A DNA stretch of 64,000 bases from Eledone cirrhosa (Eukaryota). Shown piece after piece: positions 44,571-58,900 of this stretch (within the stretch, counting starts at the first letter, position 1; each line of letters starts with the position of its first letter). Position numbers and translations under genes: made by a program. Where the stretch lies: assembly GCA_964016885.1 (NCBI GenBank), contig CAXHJY010000031.1, positions 1 to 64,000 of the forward strand, given 5' to 3'. The notes beneath the pieces were generated by a model. It was not told the DNA's origin and did no database searches. It saw only the letters and a program-made list of their open reading frames with translations.

Positions 44571-45508
44571 TTTTACTTACTTTACTTTACTTATTTTACT
44601 TACTTATTTACTTAACTTACTTAACTTACTTATTTACTTAATTTACTTTGTAATTTTTGAATGAAATTTGGATATATTGTATTGAATTTTTAACTGAATT
44701 GGTTAGAACTTAAATGAATTGAATTGTATTGAATTGAGTTGAAATTCACTGCACTTCACTTGGATTCGATTGAATTGGGATTAACTTTCACTTCACTTCA
44801 CTTCACCTCACTTGGATTCGATTGAATTGAAATTAATTGAATTGAAAAGAATTGAATTGAATTGGAATTCACTTCACTTAACTTGCATTGATTGGATTGA
44901 ATTGAATTGAATTGAATTGAATTGAAATTCACTTCACTTAATTTGGATTGGATTCGATTGAATTGAATTGAATTGAATTGTATTGAATTGGAATTCACTT
45001 CACTTCACTTCACTTGGATTGGATTCGATAAAATTGAATTGAATTAAATTGGAATTCACTTCAGTTCACTTCACTTCACTTCACTTCACTTCACTTAACT
45101 TGGATTGAATTGAATTGGATTGAATTGAATTGAAAAGAATTGAATTGAATTGGAATTCACTTCACTTAACTTGCATTGATTGGATTGAATTGAATTGAAT
45201 AGAATTGAATTGAATTGAATTGCAATTCACTTTACTTCACTTCACTTCATTACACTTCACTTTACTTCACTTGGATTGGATTCGATTAAATTGAATTGAA
45301 TTGGATTGAATTGAATTGAATTGAATTGAATTGAATTGAATTGAATTGAATTCTATTAAATTGAAATTCACTACATTTCATTCCACTTCAGTTGGATTCG
45401 ATTGAATAGAATTGAATTGAATTGAATTGAATTGAATCGAATTGAATTGAATTGATTTAAATTGAATTGGAATTCACTTCACCTCCCTTCACTTCACCTC
45501 ACTTCACT
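44571..45508. repeat. Hinge microsatellites: (TTAC/TTTAC)n, then alternating (TTGAA)n and (TTCAC)n blocks
   Basis: Direct reading; blocks are repeatedly joined by GGAATTCAC or GAAATTCAC and by TTGGATT(CGA) junctions. Confidence 0.93.
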
Positions 45509-46943
45509 GAATACTGAGTGGTGAATACTGATCTACAACAGGTTTATTAGGTTTTTCGAAAAATAATGATATTGTGTTGAAAAATTAATTTCTCAACGAG
45601 TGGTGATGCGAAATATTATTTTTCGAAATACGGTCTAAAAAGATCGATTTATGAATGACACGAGGAAAATTTGTAAAAAGATCAATTTATGAACGCTTGT
45701 TTGAATCGATTTTCGAAAAACATAAAAGAATAAAATTTTGAAAAAAAAATATTTTAGAAATAATATTTTAGAAAAAGTAATATTTTAGAGAATACGTTTA
45801 TTTTAGAAAAAATAGTTTATTCTCAATCAATTTTCGAAAAACCTAAAAAAATAAAATTTTAAAAATCAGAAGTAAATATTTCGAAAGGTATAAAAAAATT
45901 GATTATTGTACGTTTTTAAAAAGTAATTCCTTACATAAGTTCTAAAATATTCTTCAAAATTTGAAATCAGAAAGTAAAAATTAAGAATTGCATTTATATA
46001 CGAACGTAAAAGAGTCAAAATAAAAATTAAATTTTATTATAACTTTCGAATCAAAATTTAATCTTTTTAGGTTAAGTCCTAAAAGTATGACTATCCTGAT
46101 TGATTTTGAAATATCAATCTGTGAAAGTATTCCGTACAAATAAACGTAAAGAATTCATTTTTGGACATTTTGGTTTTACAAGGTAAAAATTTTCATTCGA
46201 AATATTTACTTTCTTATTACAAATTTTGAAGAGTAAACATTTACATTCTCGAAATCTCTACTTTGGTATTTACAAATTAAAGGTAATTTGAAATCATTTA
46301 CAAAATACAGTAATATGCGTTTTTAAAGTTGCAATTGTCGAAATATTAGCTATCAATAGAATTAATATGGATGAATATACATTAAAGATTAATATTTAGT
46401 TCTAGTATTTTTGAAAATGTATGAGTTTTGTATCTTTCTAATATAGTTTTTCGCAAACAATGTTCCTTACATTTAAAAATTCATATTTTTACACCTTTCG
46501 AAATACTTAAATAAATTTTCAAATTGATTTTAAAAAAATTTACTTTTAGTTTTGCGTTTTCAAATGAAACCTGCCTTCTTTTACAAATATCTTTTACATT
46601 TTTCGAAATCTTTACTTTTAAATCATTTTTGGATTTTGAAGTCAATTTGAAATATAATTTTATTTCGTCAAAAATTAATTCTTTTAGATTTATCTAAACA
46701 GAATCTATATTAGTTCACAAATTGATGATTTTACACAGTATTTCTAAAGATATTACTTTAAGATGGATTTTCTTTATGTAAATATAAATATAAATCCATC
46801 TTGACAGATAGATAGTAGAAACATAAACGCATAAACGCATTTTTTCCAAATACCGTGAAAGATGATCAATTTGTGAAAAACCTAAAAAAATCAATTTTAT
46901 AAGTCAGAAGTAGATAAAAAAGTATAAAAAAATTGATTATTTT
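45509..46943. other. AT-rich non-coding spacer at the satellite inversion point, built from degenerate direct and inverted repeats rich in TCGAA
   Basis: No ORF in the track; about 11 TCGAA motifs; direct repeat 45837-45907 / 46876-46940; inverted repeats 45548-45562 / 45831-45845 and 46713-46744 / 46848-46878. Confidence 0.8.
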
Positions 46944-49900
46944 AGTGTTAAATAAATGTGTTAAGTAAGTGTGTTAAACAAAAGTGTTAAACAAAACTGT
47001 TAAACAAATGTGTTAAATAAATGTGTTAAATAAATGTGTTGTTGAATAAATGTGTTGAATAAATGTGTTGAATAAATGTGTTCAATTAATGTGTTGAATA
47101 AATGTGTTAAACAAATGTGTTAAACAAATGTTTTAAACAAATGTGTTAAACAAATGTGTTGAATAAAAGTGTTGAATAAAAGTATTAAATAAATGTGTTA
47201 AGTAAATGTGTTAAATAAATGTGTTAAATAAATGTGTTAAATAAATGTGTTGAATAAATGTGTTAAACAAAAGTGTTAAACAAAAGTGTTAAACAAAAGT
47301 GTTAATCAAATGTGTTAAACAAATGTGTTGAATAAATGTGTTGAATAAATAAATGTGTTGAATAAATGTGTTGAATAAATGTGTTGAATAAATGTGTTGA
47401 ATAAATGTGTTGAATAAATGTGTTGAATAAATGTGTTGAATAAATATGTTGAATAAATGTGTTGAATAAATGTGTTGAATAAATGTGTTAAGTAAGTGTG
47501 TTAAATAAAAGTGTTAAATAAATGTGTTAAACAAAAGTGTTAAACAAAAGTGTTAAACAAAAGTGTTAAACAAAAGTGTTAAACAAAAATGTTAAACAAA
47601 AGTGTTAAACAAAAGTGTTAAACAAAAGTGTTAAACAAAAGTGTTAAACAAAAGTGTTAAACCAATGTGTTGAATAAATGTGTTGAATAAATGTGTTGAA
47701 TAAATGTGTTGAATAAATGTGTTAAGTAAATGTGTTAAATAAATGTGTTAAATAAATGTGTTAAATAAATGTGTGTGTTAAATAAAAGTGTTAAATAAAA
47801 GTGTTAAATAAATGTGTTAAATAAAAGTGTTAAATAAATGTGTTAAATAAAAGTTTTAAATAAATGTGTTAAATAAAAGTGTTAAATAAATGTGTTAAAT
47901 AAATGTGTTAAATAAATGTGTTAAGTAAATGTGTTAAATAAATGTGTTAAATGAATGTGTTAAGTAAATGTGTTAAGTAAATGTGTTAAATAAAAGTGTT
48001 AAATAAAAGTGTTTGTTAAACAAAAGTGTTGAACAAAAGTGTTAAACAAAAGTGTTAAACAAAAAAAAGTGTTAAACAAAAGTGTTAAACAAAAGTGTTA
48101 AACAAAAGTGTTGAATAAATTTGTTGAATAAATGTGTTGAATAAATGTGTTGAATAAATGTGTTGAATAAATGTGTTGAATAAATGTGTTTAATAAATGT
48201 GTTGAATAAATGTGTTAAATAAAAGTTTTAAACAAATGTGTTAAATAAAAGTGTTGAATAAAAGTATTAAATAAATGTGTTAAGTAAATGTGTTAAATAA
48301 ATGTGTTGAATAAATTTGTTGAATAAATGTGTTGAATAAATGTGTTAAACAAATGTGTTAAACAAATGTTTTAAACAAATGTGTTACACAAATGTGTTGA
48401 ATAAAAGTGTTGAATAAAAGTATTAAATAAATGTGTTAAGTAAATGTGTTAAATAAATGTGTTAAATAAATGTGTTGAATAAATGTTTTAAACAAAAGTG
48501 TTAAACAAAAGTGTTAAACAAAAGTGTTAAACAAAAGTGTTAATCAAATGTGTTAAACAAATGTGTTGAATAAATGTGTTGAATAATTAAATGTGTTGAA
48601 TAAATGTGTTGAATAAATGTGTTGAATAAATGTGTTGAATAAATGTGTTGAATAAATGTGTTGAATAAATGTGTTAAGTAAGTGTGTTAAATAAAAGTGT
48701 TAAATAAATGTGTTAAACAAAAGTGTTAAACAAAAGTGTTAAACAAAAGTGTTAAACAAAAGTGTTAAACAAAAGTGTTAAACAAAAATGTTAAACAAAA
48801 GTGTTAAACAAAAGTGTTAAACAAGTGTTAAACAAAAGTGTTAAACAAAAGTGTTAAACCAATGTGTTGAATAAATGTGTTGAATAAATGTGTTGAATAA
48901 ATGTGTTGAATAAATGTGTTGAATAAATGTGTTGAATAACTGTGTTGAATAAATGTGTTAAATAAAAGTGTTAAATAAATGTGTTAAGTAAATGTGTTAA
49001 ATAAATGTGTTAAATAAATGTGTTAAATAAATGTGTGTGTTAAATAAAAGTGTTAAATAAAAGTGTTAAATAAATGTGTTAAATAAATGTGTTAAATAAA
49101 AGTGTTAAATAAATGTGTTAAATAAAAGTTTTAAATAAATGTGTTAAATAAAAGTGTTAAATAAATGTGTTAAATAAATGTGTTAAATAAATGTGTTAAG
49201 TAAATGTGTTAAATAAATGTGTTAAATAAATGTGTTAAGTAAATGTGTTAAGTAAATGTGTTAAATAAAAGTGTTAAATAAAAGTGTTTGTTAAACAAAA
49301 GTGTTGAACAAAAGTGTTAAACAAAAGTGTTAAACAAAAAAAAGTGTTAAACAAAAGTGTTAAACAAAAGTGTTAAACAAAAGTGTTGAATAAATGTGTT
49401 GAATAAATGTGTTGAATAAATGTGTTGAATAAATGTGTTGAATAAATGTGTTTAATAAATGTGTTGAATAAATGTGTTAAATAAAAGTGTTAAACAAATG
49501 TGTTAAATAAAAGTGTTGAATAAAAGTATTAAATAAATGTGTTAAACAAAAGTGTTAAACAAAAGTGTTAAACAAATGTGTTAAATAAATGTGTTAAATA
49601 AATGTGTTAAATAAATGTGTTAAATAAATGTGTTAAATAAATGTGTTAAACAAAAGTGTTAAACAAAAGTGTTAAATAAAAGTGTTAAACAAAAGTGTTA
49701 AACAAATGTGTTAAACAGATGTGTTAAACAAATGTGTTAAATAAATGTGTTGAATGAATGTGTTGAATGAATGTGTTGAATAAATGTGTTGAATAAATGT
49801 GTTGAATAAATGTGTTAAACCAATGTGTTGAATAAATGTGTTGAATAAATGTGTTGAATAAATGTGTTGAATAGATGTGTTGAATAAATGTGTTGAATGA

Positions 49901-52900
49901 ATGTGTTGAATAAATGTGTTGAATAAATGTGTTGAATAAATGTGTTAAACCAATGTGTTGAATAAATGTGTTGAATAAATGTGTTGAATAAATGTGTTGA
50001 ATAAATGTGTTGAATAAATGTGTTGAATAAATGTGTTGAATAAATGTGTTATATAAAAGGGTTAAATAAAAGTGCTAAATAAATGTGTTAAATAAATGTG
50101 TTAAGTAAATGTGTTAAATAAATGTGTTAAATAAATGTAAGTAAATGTGTTAAGTAAATGTGTTAAATAAAAGTGTTAAATAAAAGTGTTTCTTAAACAA
50201 AAGTGTTAAACAAAAGTGTTAAACAAAAGTGTTAAACAAACAAAAGTGTTAAGCAAAAGTGTTAAACAAAAGTGTTGAATAAATGTGTTGAATAAATGTG
50301 TTAAACAAATGTGTTAAACAAATGTTTTAAACAAATGTGTTAAACAAATGTGTTGAATAAAAGTGTTGAATAAAAGTATTAAATAAATGTTTTAAGTAAA
50401 TGTGTTGAATAAATGTGTTAAACAAAAGTGTTAAACAAAAGTGTTAAACAAAAGTGTTAAATAAAAGTGTTAAACAAAAGTGTTAAACCGATGTGTTGAA
50501 TAAATGTGTTGAATAAATGTGTTGAATAAATGTGTTGAATAAATGTGTTGAATAAATGTGTTGAATAAATGTGTTGAATAAATGTGTTGAATAAATGTGT
50601 TGAATAAATGTGTTGAATAAATGTGTTGAATAAGTGTGTTGAATAAATGTGTTGAATAAATGTGTTAAATAAAAGTGTTAAATAAATGTGTTAAATATAT
50701 GTGTTAAATAAATGTGTGTGTTAAATAAAAGTGTTAAATAAAAGTGTTAAATAAATGTGTTAAATAAAAGTGTTAAATAAATGTGTTAAATAAAAGTTTT
50801 AAATAAAAGTGTTAAATAAATGTGTTAAATAAATGTGTTAAATAAATGTGTTAAGTAAATGTGTTAAATAAATGTGTTAAATAAATGTGTTAAGTAAATG
50901 TGTTAAGTAAATGTGTTAAATAAAAGTGTTAAATAAAAGTGTTTGTTAAACAAAAGTGTTGAACAAAAGTGTTAAACAAAAGTGTTAAACAAAAGTGTTA
51001 AACAAAAGTGTTAAACAAAAGTGTTGAATAAATGTGTTGAATAAATGTGTTTAATAAATGTGTTGAATAAATGTGTTAAATAAAAGTGTTAAACAAAAGT
51101 GTTAAACAAAAGTGTTAAACAAATGTGTTAAATAAATGTGTTGTTGAATAAATGTGTAGAATAATTGTGTTGAATAAATGTGTTGAATAAATATGTTGAA
51201 TAAATGTGTTGAATAAATGTGTTAAACAAATGTGTTAAACAAATGTTTTAAACAAATGTGTTAAACAAATGTGTTGAATAAAAGTGTTGAATAAAAGTAT
51301 TAAATAAATGTTTTAAGTAAATGTGTTAAATAAATGTGTTAAACCAATGTGTTGAATAAATGTGTTAAATAAAAGTGTTAAATAAAAGTGTTAAATAAAA
51401 GGGTTAAATAAAAGTGTTAAATAAATGTGTTAAATAAATGTGTTAAATAAATGTGTTAAATAAATGTGTTAAATAAATGTGTTAAATAAAAGTGTTAAAT
51501 AAATGTGTTAAATAAATGTGTTAAATAAATGTGTTAAATAAATGTGTTAAATAAATGTGTTAAATAAAAGTGTTAAATAAAAGTGTTAAATAAAAGTGTT
51601 AAATAAAAGTGTTAAATAAAAGTGTTAAATAAATGTGTTAAATAAATGTGTTAAATAAATGTGTTAAATAAATGTGTTAAACAAATGTGTTAAACAAAAG
51701 TGTTAAACAAAAGTGTTAAACAAAAGTGTTAAACAAAAGTGTTAAACAAATGTGTTAAATAAATGTGTTAAATAAATGTGTTAAATAAATGTGTTAAATA
51801 AATGTGTTAAATAAATGTGTTAAATAAAAGTGTTAAATAAATGTGTTAAATAAATGTGTTAAATAAATGTGTTAAATAAAAGTGTTAAATAAAAGTGTTA
51901 AATAAATGTGTTAAATAAATGTGTTAAATAAATGTGTTAAATAAATGTGTTAAATAAATGTGTTAAATAAATGTTAAATAAATGTGTTAAATAAATGTGT
52001 TAAATAAATGTGTTAAATAAATGTGTTAAATAAATGTGGTAAATAAATGTGGTAAATAAATAAATATGTTAAATAAATGTGTTAAATAAAAGTGTTAAAT
52101 AAATGTGTTAAATAAAAGTGTTAAATAAATGTGTTAAATAAATGTGTTAAATAAAAGTGTTAAATAAATGTGTTAAATAAAAGTGTTAAATAAAAGTGTT
52201 AAATAAAAGTGTTAAATAAATGTGTTAAATAAATGTGTTAAATAAATGTGTTAAATAAATGTGTTAAATAAAAGTGTTAAATAAAAGTGTTAAATAAAAG
52301 TGTTAAATAAAAGTGTTAAATAAATGTGTTAAATAAATGTGTTAAATAAATGTGTTAAATAAAAGTGTTAAATAAATGTGTTAAATAAATGTGTTAAATA
52401 AAAGTGTTAAATAAAAGTGTTAAATAAATGTGTTAAATAAATGTGTTAAATAAATGTGTTAAATAAATGTTAAATAAATGTGCTAAATAAATGTGTTAAA
52501 TAAATGTGTTAAATAAATGTGGTAAATAAATGTGGTAAATAAATGTGTTAAATAAATGTGTAAAATAAATGTGTTAAATAAATGTGTTAAATAAATGTGT
52601 TAAATAAAAGTGTTAAATAAAAGTGTTAAATAAAAGTGTTAAATAAAAGTGTTAAATAAAAGTGTTAAATAAATGTGTTAAATTAATGTGTTAAATTAAT
52701 GTGTTAAATAAATGTGTTAAATAAATGTGTTAAATAAATGTGTTAAATAAATGTGTTAAATAAAAGTGTTAAATAAAAGTGTTAAATAAAAGTGTTAAAT
52801 AAAAGTGTTAAATAAAAGTGTTAAATAAATGTGTTAAATAAATGTGTTAAATAAATGTGTTAAATAAATGTGTTAAATAAATGTGGTAAATAAATAAATG

Positions 52901-55900
52901 TGTTAAATAAATGTGTTAAATAAATGTGTTAAATAAAAGTGTTAAATAAAAGTGTTAAATAAATGTGTTAAATAAATGTGTTAAATAAATGTGTTAAATA
53001 AATGTGTTAAATAAATGTGTTAAATAAAATAAATGTGTTAAATAAATGTGTTAAATAAATGTGTTAAATAAAAGTGTTAAATAAAAGTGTTAAATAAAAG
53101 TGTTAAATAAATGTGTTAAATAAATGTGTTAAATAAAAGTGTTAAATAAAAGTGTTAAATAAAAGTGTTAAATAAAAGTGTTAAATAAAAGTGTTAAATA
53201 AAAGTGTTAAATAAAAGTGTTAAATAAAAGTGTTAAATAAAAGTGTTAAATAAAAGTGTTAAATAAATGTGTTAAATAAATGTGTTAAATAAATGTGTTA
53301 AATAAATGTGTTAAATAAATGTGTTAAATAAAAGTGTTAAATAAAAGTGTTAAATAAAAGTGTTAAATAAAAGTGTTAAATAAAAGTGTTAAATAAATGT
53401 GTTAAATAAATGTGTTAAATAAATGTGTTAAATAAAAGTGTTAAATAAAAGTGTTAAATAAAAGTGTTAAATAAATGTGTTAAATAAATGTGTTAAATAA
53501 ATGTGTTAAATAAATGTGTTAAATAAATGTGTTAAATAAATGTGTTAAATAAAATAAATGTGTTAAATAAATGTGTTAAATAAATGTGTTAAATAAATGT
53601 GTTAAATAAATGTGTTAAATAAATGTGTGTGTTAAATAAAAGTGTTAAATAAAAGTGTTAAATAAAAGTGTTAAATAAAAGTGTTAAATAAAAGTGTTAA
53701 ATAAAAGTGTTAAATAAAAGTGTTAAATAAAAGTGTTAAATAAATGTGTTAAATAAATGTGTTAAATAAATGTGTTAAATAAATGTGTTAAATAAATGTG
53801 TTAAATAAAATAAATGTGTTAAATAAATGTGTTAAATAAATGTGTTAAATAAATGTGTTAAATAAATGTGTTAAATAAATGTGTTAAATAAAAGTGTTAA
53901 ATAAAAGTGTTAAATAAAAGTGTTAAATAAAAGTGTTAAATAAAAGTGTTAAATAAAAGTGTTAAATAAATGTGTTAAATAAATGTGTTAAATAAATGTG
54001 TTAAATAAAAGTGTTAAATAAAAGTGTTAAATAAATGTGTTAAATAAATGTGTTAAATAAATGTGTTAAATAAATGTGTTAAATAAATGTGTTAAATAAA
54101 TGTGTTAAATAAATGTGTTAAATAAATGTGTTAAATAAATGTGTTAAATAAATGTGTTAAATGAATGTGTTAAATGAATGTGTTAAATAAATGTGTTAAA
54201 TAAATGTGTTAAATAAAAGTGTTAAATAAAAGTGTTAAATAAAAGTGTTAAATAAAAGTGTTAAATAAATGTGTTAATTAAATGTGTTAATTAAATGTGT
54301 TAATTAAATGTGTTAAATAAATGTGTTAAATAAATGTGTTAAATAAAAGTGTTAAATAAAAGTGTTAAATAAAAGTGTTAAATAAATGTGTTAAATAAAT
54401 GTGTTAAATAAATGTGTTAAATAAATGTGTTAAATAAATGTGTTAAATAAATGTGTTAAATAAATATGTTAAATAAATGTGTTAAATAAATGTGTTAAAT
54501 AAATGTGTTAAATAAATGTGTTAAATAAATGTGTTAAATAAATGTGTTAAATAAATGTGTTATATAAATGTGTTATATAAATGTGTTATATAAATGTGTT
54601 ATATAAATGTGTTAAATAAATGTGTTAAATAAATGTGTTAAATAAATGTGTTAAATAAATGTGTTAAATAAATGTGTTAAATAAATGTGTTAAATAAATG
54701 TGTTAAATAAATGTGTTATATAAATGTGTTATATAAATGTGTTATATAAATGTGTTAAATAAATGTGTTAAATAAATGTGTTAAATAAATGTGTTAAATA
54801 AATGTGTTAAATAAATGTGTTAAATAAATGTGTTAAATAAATGTGTTAAATAAATGTGTTAAATAAATGTGTTAAATAAATGTGTTAAATAAATGTGTTA
54901 AATAAAAGTGTTAAATAAAAGTGTTAAATAAAAGTGTTAAATAAATGTGTTAAATAAATGTGTTAAATAAATGTGTTAAATAAATGTGTTAAATAAATGT
55001 GTTAAATAAATGTGTTAAATAAATGTGTTAAATAAATGTGTTAAATAAATGTGTTATATAAATGTGTTAAATAAATGTGGTAAATAAATGTGTTAAATAA
55101 ATGTGTTAAATAAATGTGGTAAATAAATAAATGTGTTAAATAAATGTGTTAAATAAATGTGTTAAATAAATGTGTTAAATAAATGTGTTAAATAAATGTG
55201 TTAAATAAATGTGGTAAATAAATAAATGTGTTAAATAAATGTGTTAAATAAATGTGTTAAATAAATGTGTTAAATAAATGTTAAATAAATGTGTTAAATA
55301 AATGTGTTAAATAAATGTGTTAAATAAATGTGGTAAATAAATGTGTTAAATAAATGTGGTAAATAAATGTGGTAAATAAATAAATGTGTTAAATAAATGT
55401 GTTAAATAAATGTGTTAAATAAAAGTGTTAAATAAAAGTGTTAAATAAAAGTGTTAAATAAAAGTGTTAAATAAAAGTGTTAAATAAAAGTGTTAAATAA
55501 ATGTGTTAAATAAATGTGTTAAATAAATGTGTTAAATAAATGTGTTAAATAAATGTGTTAAATAAATGTGTTAAATAAATGTGTTAAATAAATGTGTTAA
55601 ATAAATGTGTTAAATAAAAGTGTTAAATAAATGTGTTAAATAAAATAAATGTGTTAAATAAATGTGTTAAATAAATGTGTTAAATAAATGTGTTAAATAA
55701 ATGTGTTAAATAAATGTGTTAAATAAAAGTGTTAAATAAAAGTGTTAAATAAATGTGTTAAATAAATGTGTTAAATAAATGTGTTAAATAAATGTGTTAA
55801 ATAAATGTGTTAAATAAATGTGTTAAACAAAAGTATTAAACAAAAGTGTTAAACAAAAGTGTTAAACAAATCTGTTAAATAAATGTGTTAAATAAATGTG

Positions 55901-58900
55901 TTAAATAAATGTGTTAAATAAAAGTGTTAAATAAAAGTGTTAAATAAAAGTGTTAAATAAATGTGTTAAATAAATGTGTTAAATAAAAGTGTTAAATAAA
56001 AGTGTTAAATAAATGTGTTAAATAAATGTGTTAAATAAAAGTGTTAAATAAAAGTGTTAAATAAATGTGTTAAATAAATGTGTTAAATAAATGTGTTAAA
56101 TAAATGTGTTAAATAAATGTTAAATAAATGTGTTAAATAAATGTGTTATATAAATGTGTTAAATAAATGTGGTAAATAAATGTGTAAAATAAATGTGTAA
56201 AATAAATGTGTTAAATAAATGTGTTAAATAAATGTGTTAAATAAAAGTGTTAAATAAAAGTGTTAAATAAAAGTGTTAAATAAAAGTGTTAAATAAATGT
56301 GTTAAATAAATGTGTTAAATAAATGTGTTAAATAAATGTGTTAAATAAATGTGTTAAATAAATGTGTTAAATAAATGTGTTAAATAAATGTGTTAAATAA
56401 ATGTGTTAAATAAATGTGTTAAATAAATGTGTTAAATAAATGTGTTAAATAAATGTGTTAAATAAATGTGTTAAATAAAAGTGTTAAATAAAAGTGTTAA
56501 ATAAATGTGTTAAATAAATGTGTTAAATAAATGTGTTAAATAAATGTGTTAAATAAATGTGTTAAATAAATGTGTTAAATAAATGTGTTAAATAAAAGTG
56601 TTAAATAAAAGTGTTAAATAAAAGTGTTAAATAAAAGTGTTAAATAAATGTGTTAAATAAATGTGTTAAATAAATGTGTTAAATAAATGTGTTAAATAAA
56701 TGTGTTAAATAAATGTGTTAAATAAATGTGTTAAATAAGCGTGGTAAATAAGCGTGGTAAATAAATGTGGTAAATAAATAAATGTGTTAAATAAATGTGT
56801 TAAATAAATGTGTTAAATAAAAGTGTTAAATAAAAGTGTTAAATAAATGTGTTAAATAAATGTGTTAAATAAATGTGTTAAATAAATGTGTTAAATAAAT
56901 GTGTTAAATAAATGTGTTAAATAAATGTGTTAAATAAAATAAATGTGTTAAATAAATGTGTTAAATAAATGTGTTAAATAAATGTGTTAAATAAATGTGT
57001 TAAATAAATGTGTTAAATAAATGTGTTAAATAAATGTGTTAAATAAATGTGTTAAATAAAATAAATGTGTTAAATAAAATAAATGTGTTAAATAAAATAA
57101 ATGTGTTAAATAAATGTGTTAAATAAATGTGTTAAATAAATGTGTTAAATAAATGTGTTAAATAAATGTGTTAAATAAATGTGTTAAATAAATGTGTTAA
57201 ATAAATGTGTTAAATAAATGTGTTAAATAAAAGTGTTAAATAAAAGTGTTAAATAAATGTGTTAAATAAATGTGTTAAATAAATGTGTTAAATAAATGTG
57301 TTAAATAAATGTGTTAAATAAATGTGTTAAATAAATGTGTTAAATAAAAGTGTTAAATAAAAGTGTTAAATAAAAGTGTTAAATAAAAGTGTTAAATAAA
57401 TGTGTTAAATAAATGTGTTAAATAAATGTGTTAAATAAATGTGTTAAATAAATGTGTTAAATAAATGTGTTAAATAAATGTGTTAAATAAATGTGTTAAA
57501 TAAATGTGTTAAATAAATGTGTTAAATAAATGTGTTAAATAAATGTGTTAAATAAATGTGTTAAATAAATGTGTTAAATAAATGTGTTAAATAAAAGTGT
57601 TAAATAAAAGTGTTAAATAAAAGTGTTAAATAAAAGTGTTAAATAAATGTGTTAAATAAATGTGTTAAATAAATATGGTAAATAAATGTGGTAAATAAAT
57701 AAATGTGTTAAATAAATGTGTTAAATAAATGTGTTAAATAAATGTGTTAAATAAATGTGTTAAATAAATGTGTTAAATAAATGTGTTAAATAAAAGTGTT
57801 AAATAAATGTGTGTGTTAAATAAATGTGTTAAATAAATGTGTTAAATAAAAGTGTTAAATAAATGTGTTAAATAAAAGTGTTAAATAAATGTGTTAAATA
57901 AATGTGTTAAATAAAAGTGTTAAATAAATGTGTTAAATAAATGTGTTAAATAAAAGTGTTAAATAAAAGTGTTAAATAAAAGTGTTAAATAAAAGTGTTA
58001 AATAAAAGTGTTAAATAAAAGTGTTAAATAAAAGTGTTAAATAAAAGTGTTAAATAAATGTGTTAAATAAATGTGTTAAATAAATGTGTTAAATAAATGT
58101 GTTAAATAAATGTGTTAAATAAATGTGTTAAATAAATGTGTTAAATAAATGTGTTAAATAAATGTGTTAAATAAATGTGTTAAATAAATGTGTTAAATAA
58201 ATGTGTTAAACAAAAGTGTTAAACAAAAGTGTTAAACAAAAGTGTTAAACAAATGTGTTAAATAAATGTGTTAAATAAATGTGTTAAATAAAAGTTGTTA
58301 AATAAATGTGTTAAATAAAAGTGTTAAATAAATGTGTTAAATAAATGTGTTAAATAAAGTGTTAAATAAAAGTGTTAAATAAATGTGTTAAATAAATGTG
58401 TTAAATAAATGTGTTAAATAAATGTGTTAAATAAATGTGTTAAATAAAAGTGTTAAATAAAAGTGTTAAATAAAAGTGTTAAATAAATGTGTTAAATAAA
58501 TGTGTTAAATAAATGTGTTAAATAAATGTGTTAAATAAATGTGTTAAATAAATGTGTTAAATAAATGTGTTAAATAAATTTGGTAAATAAATGTGTTAAA
58601 TAAATGTGGTAAATAAATGTGGTAAATAAATAAATGTGTTAAATAAATGTGTTAAATAAATGTGTTAAATAAATGTGTGTGTTAAATAAATGTGTTAAAT
58701 AAATGTGTTAAATAAAAGTGTTAAATAAAAGTGTTAAATAAAAGTGTTAAATAAAAGTGTTAAATAAAAGTGTTAAATAAAAGTGTTAAATAAAAGTGTT
58801 AAATAAAAGTGTTAAATAAAAGTGTTAAATAAATGTGTTAAATAAATGTGTTAAATAAAAGTGTTAAATAAAGTGTTAAATAAAAGTGTTAAATAAAAGT

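Noticed and set aside
45509-46943. Heat-shock elements or a transposase gene in the spacer
   Set aside because: TTCGAA lacks the nTTCnnGAAn spacing of a heat-shock element, and the ORF track shows no ORF there.
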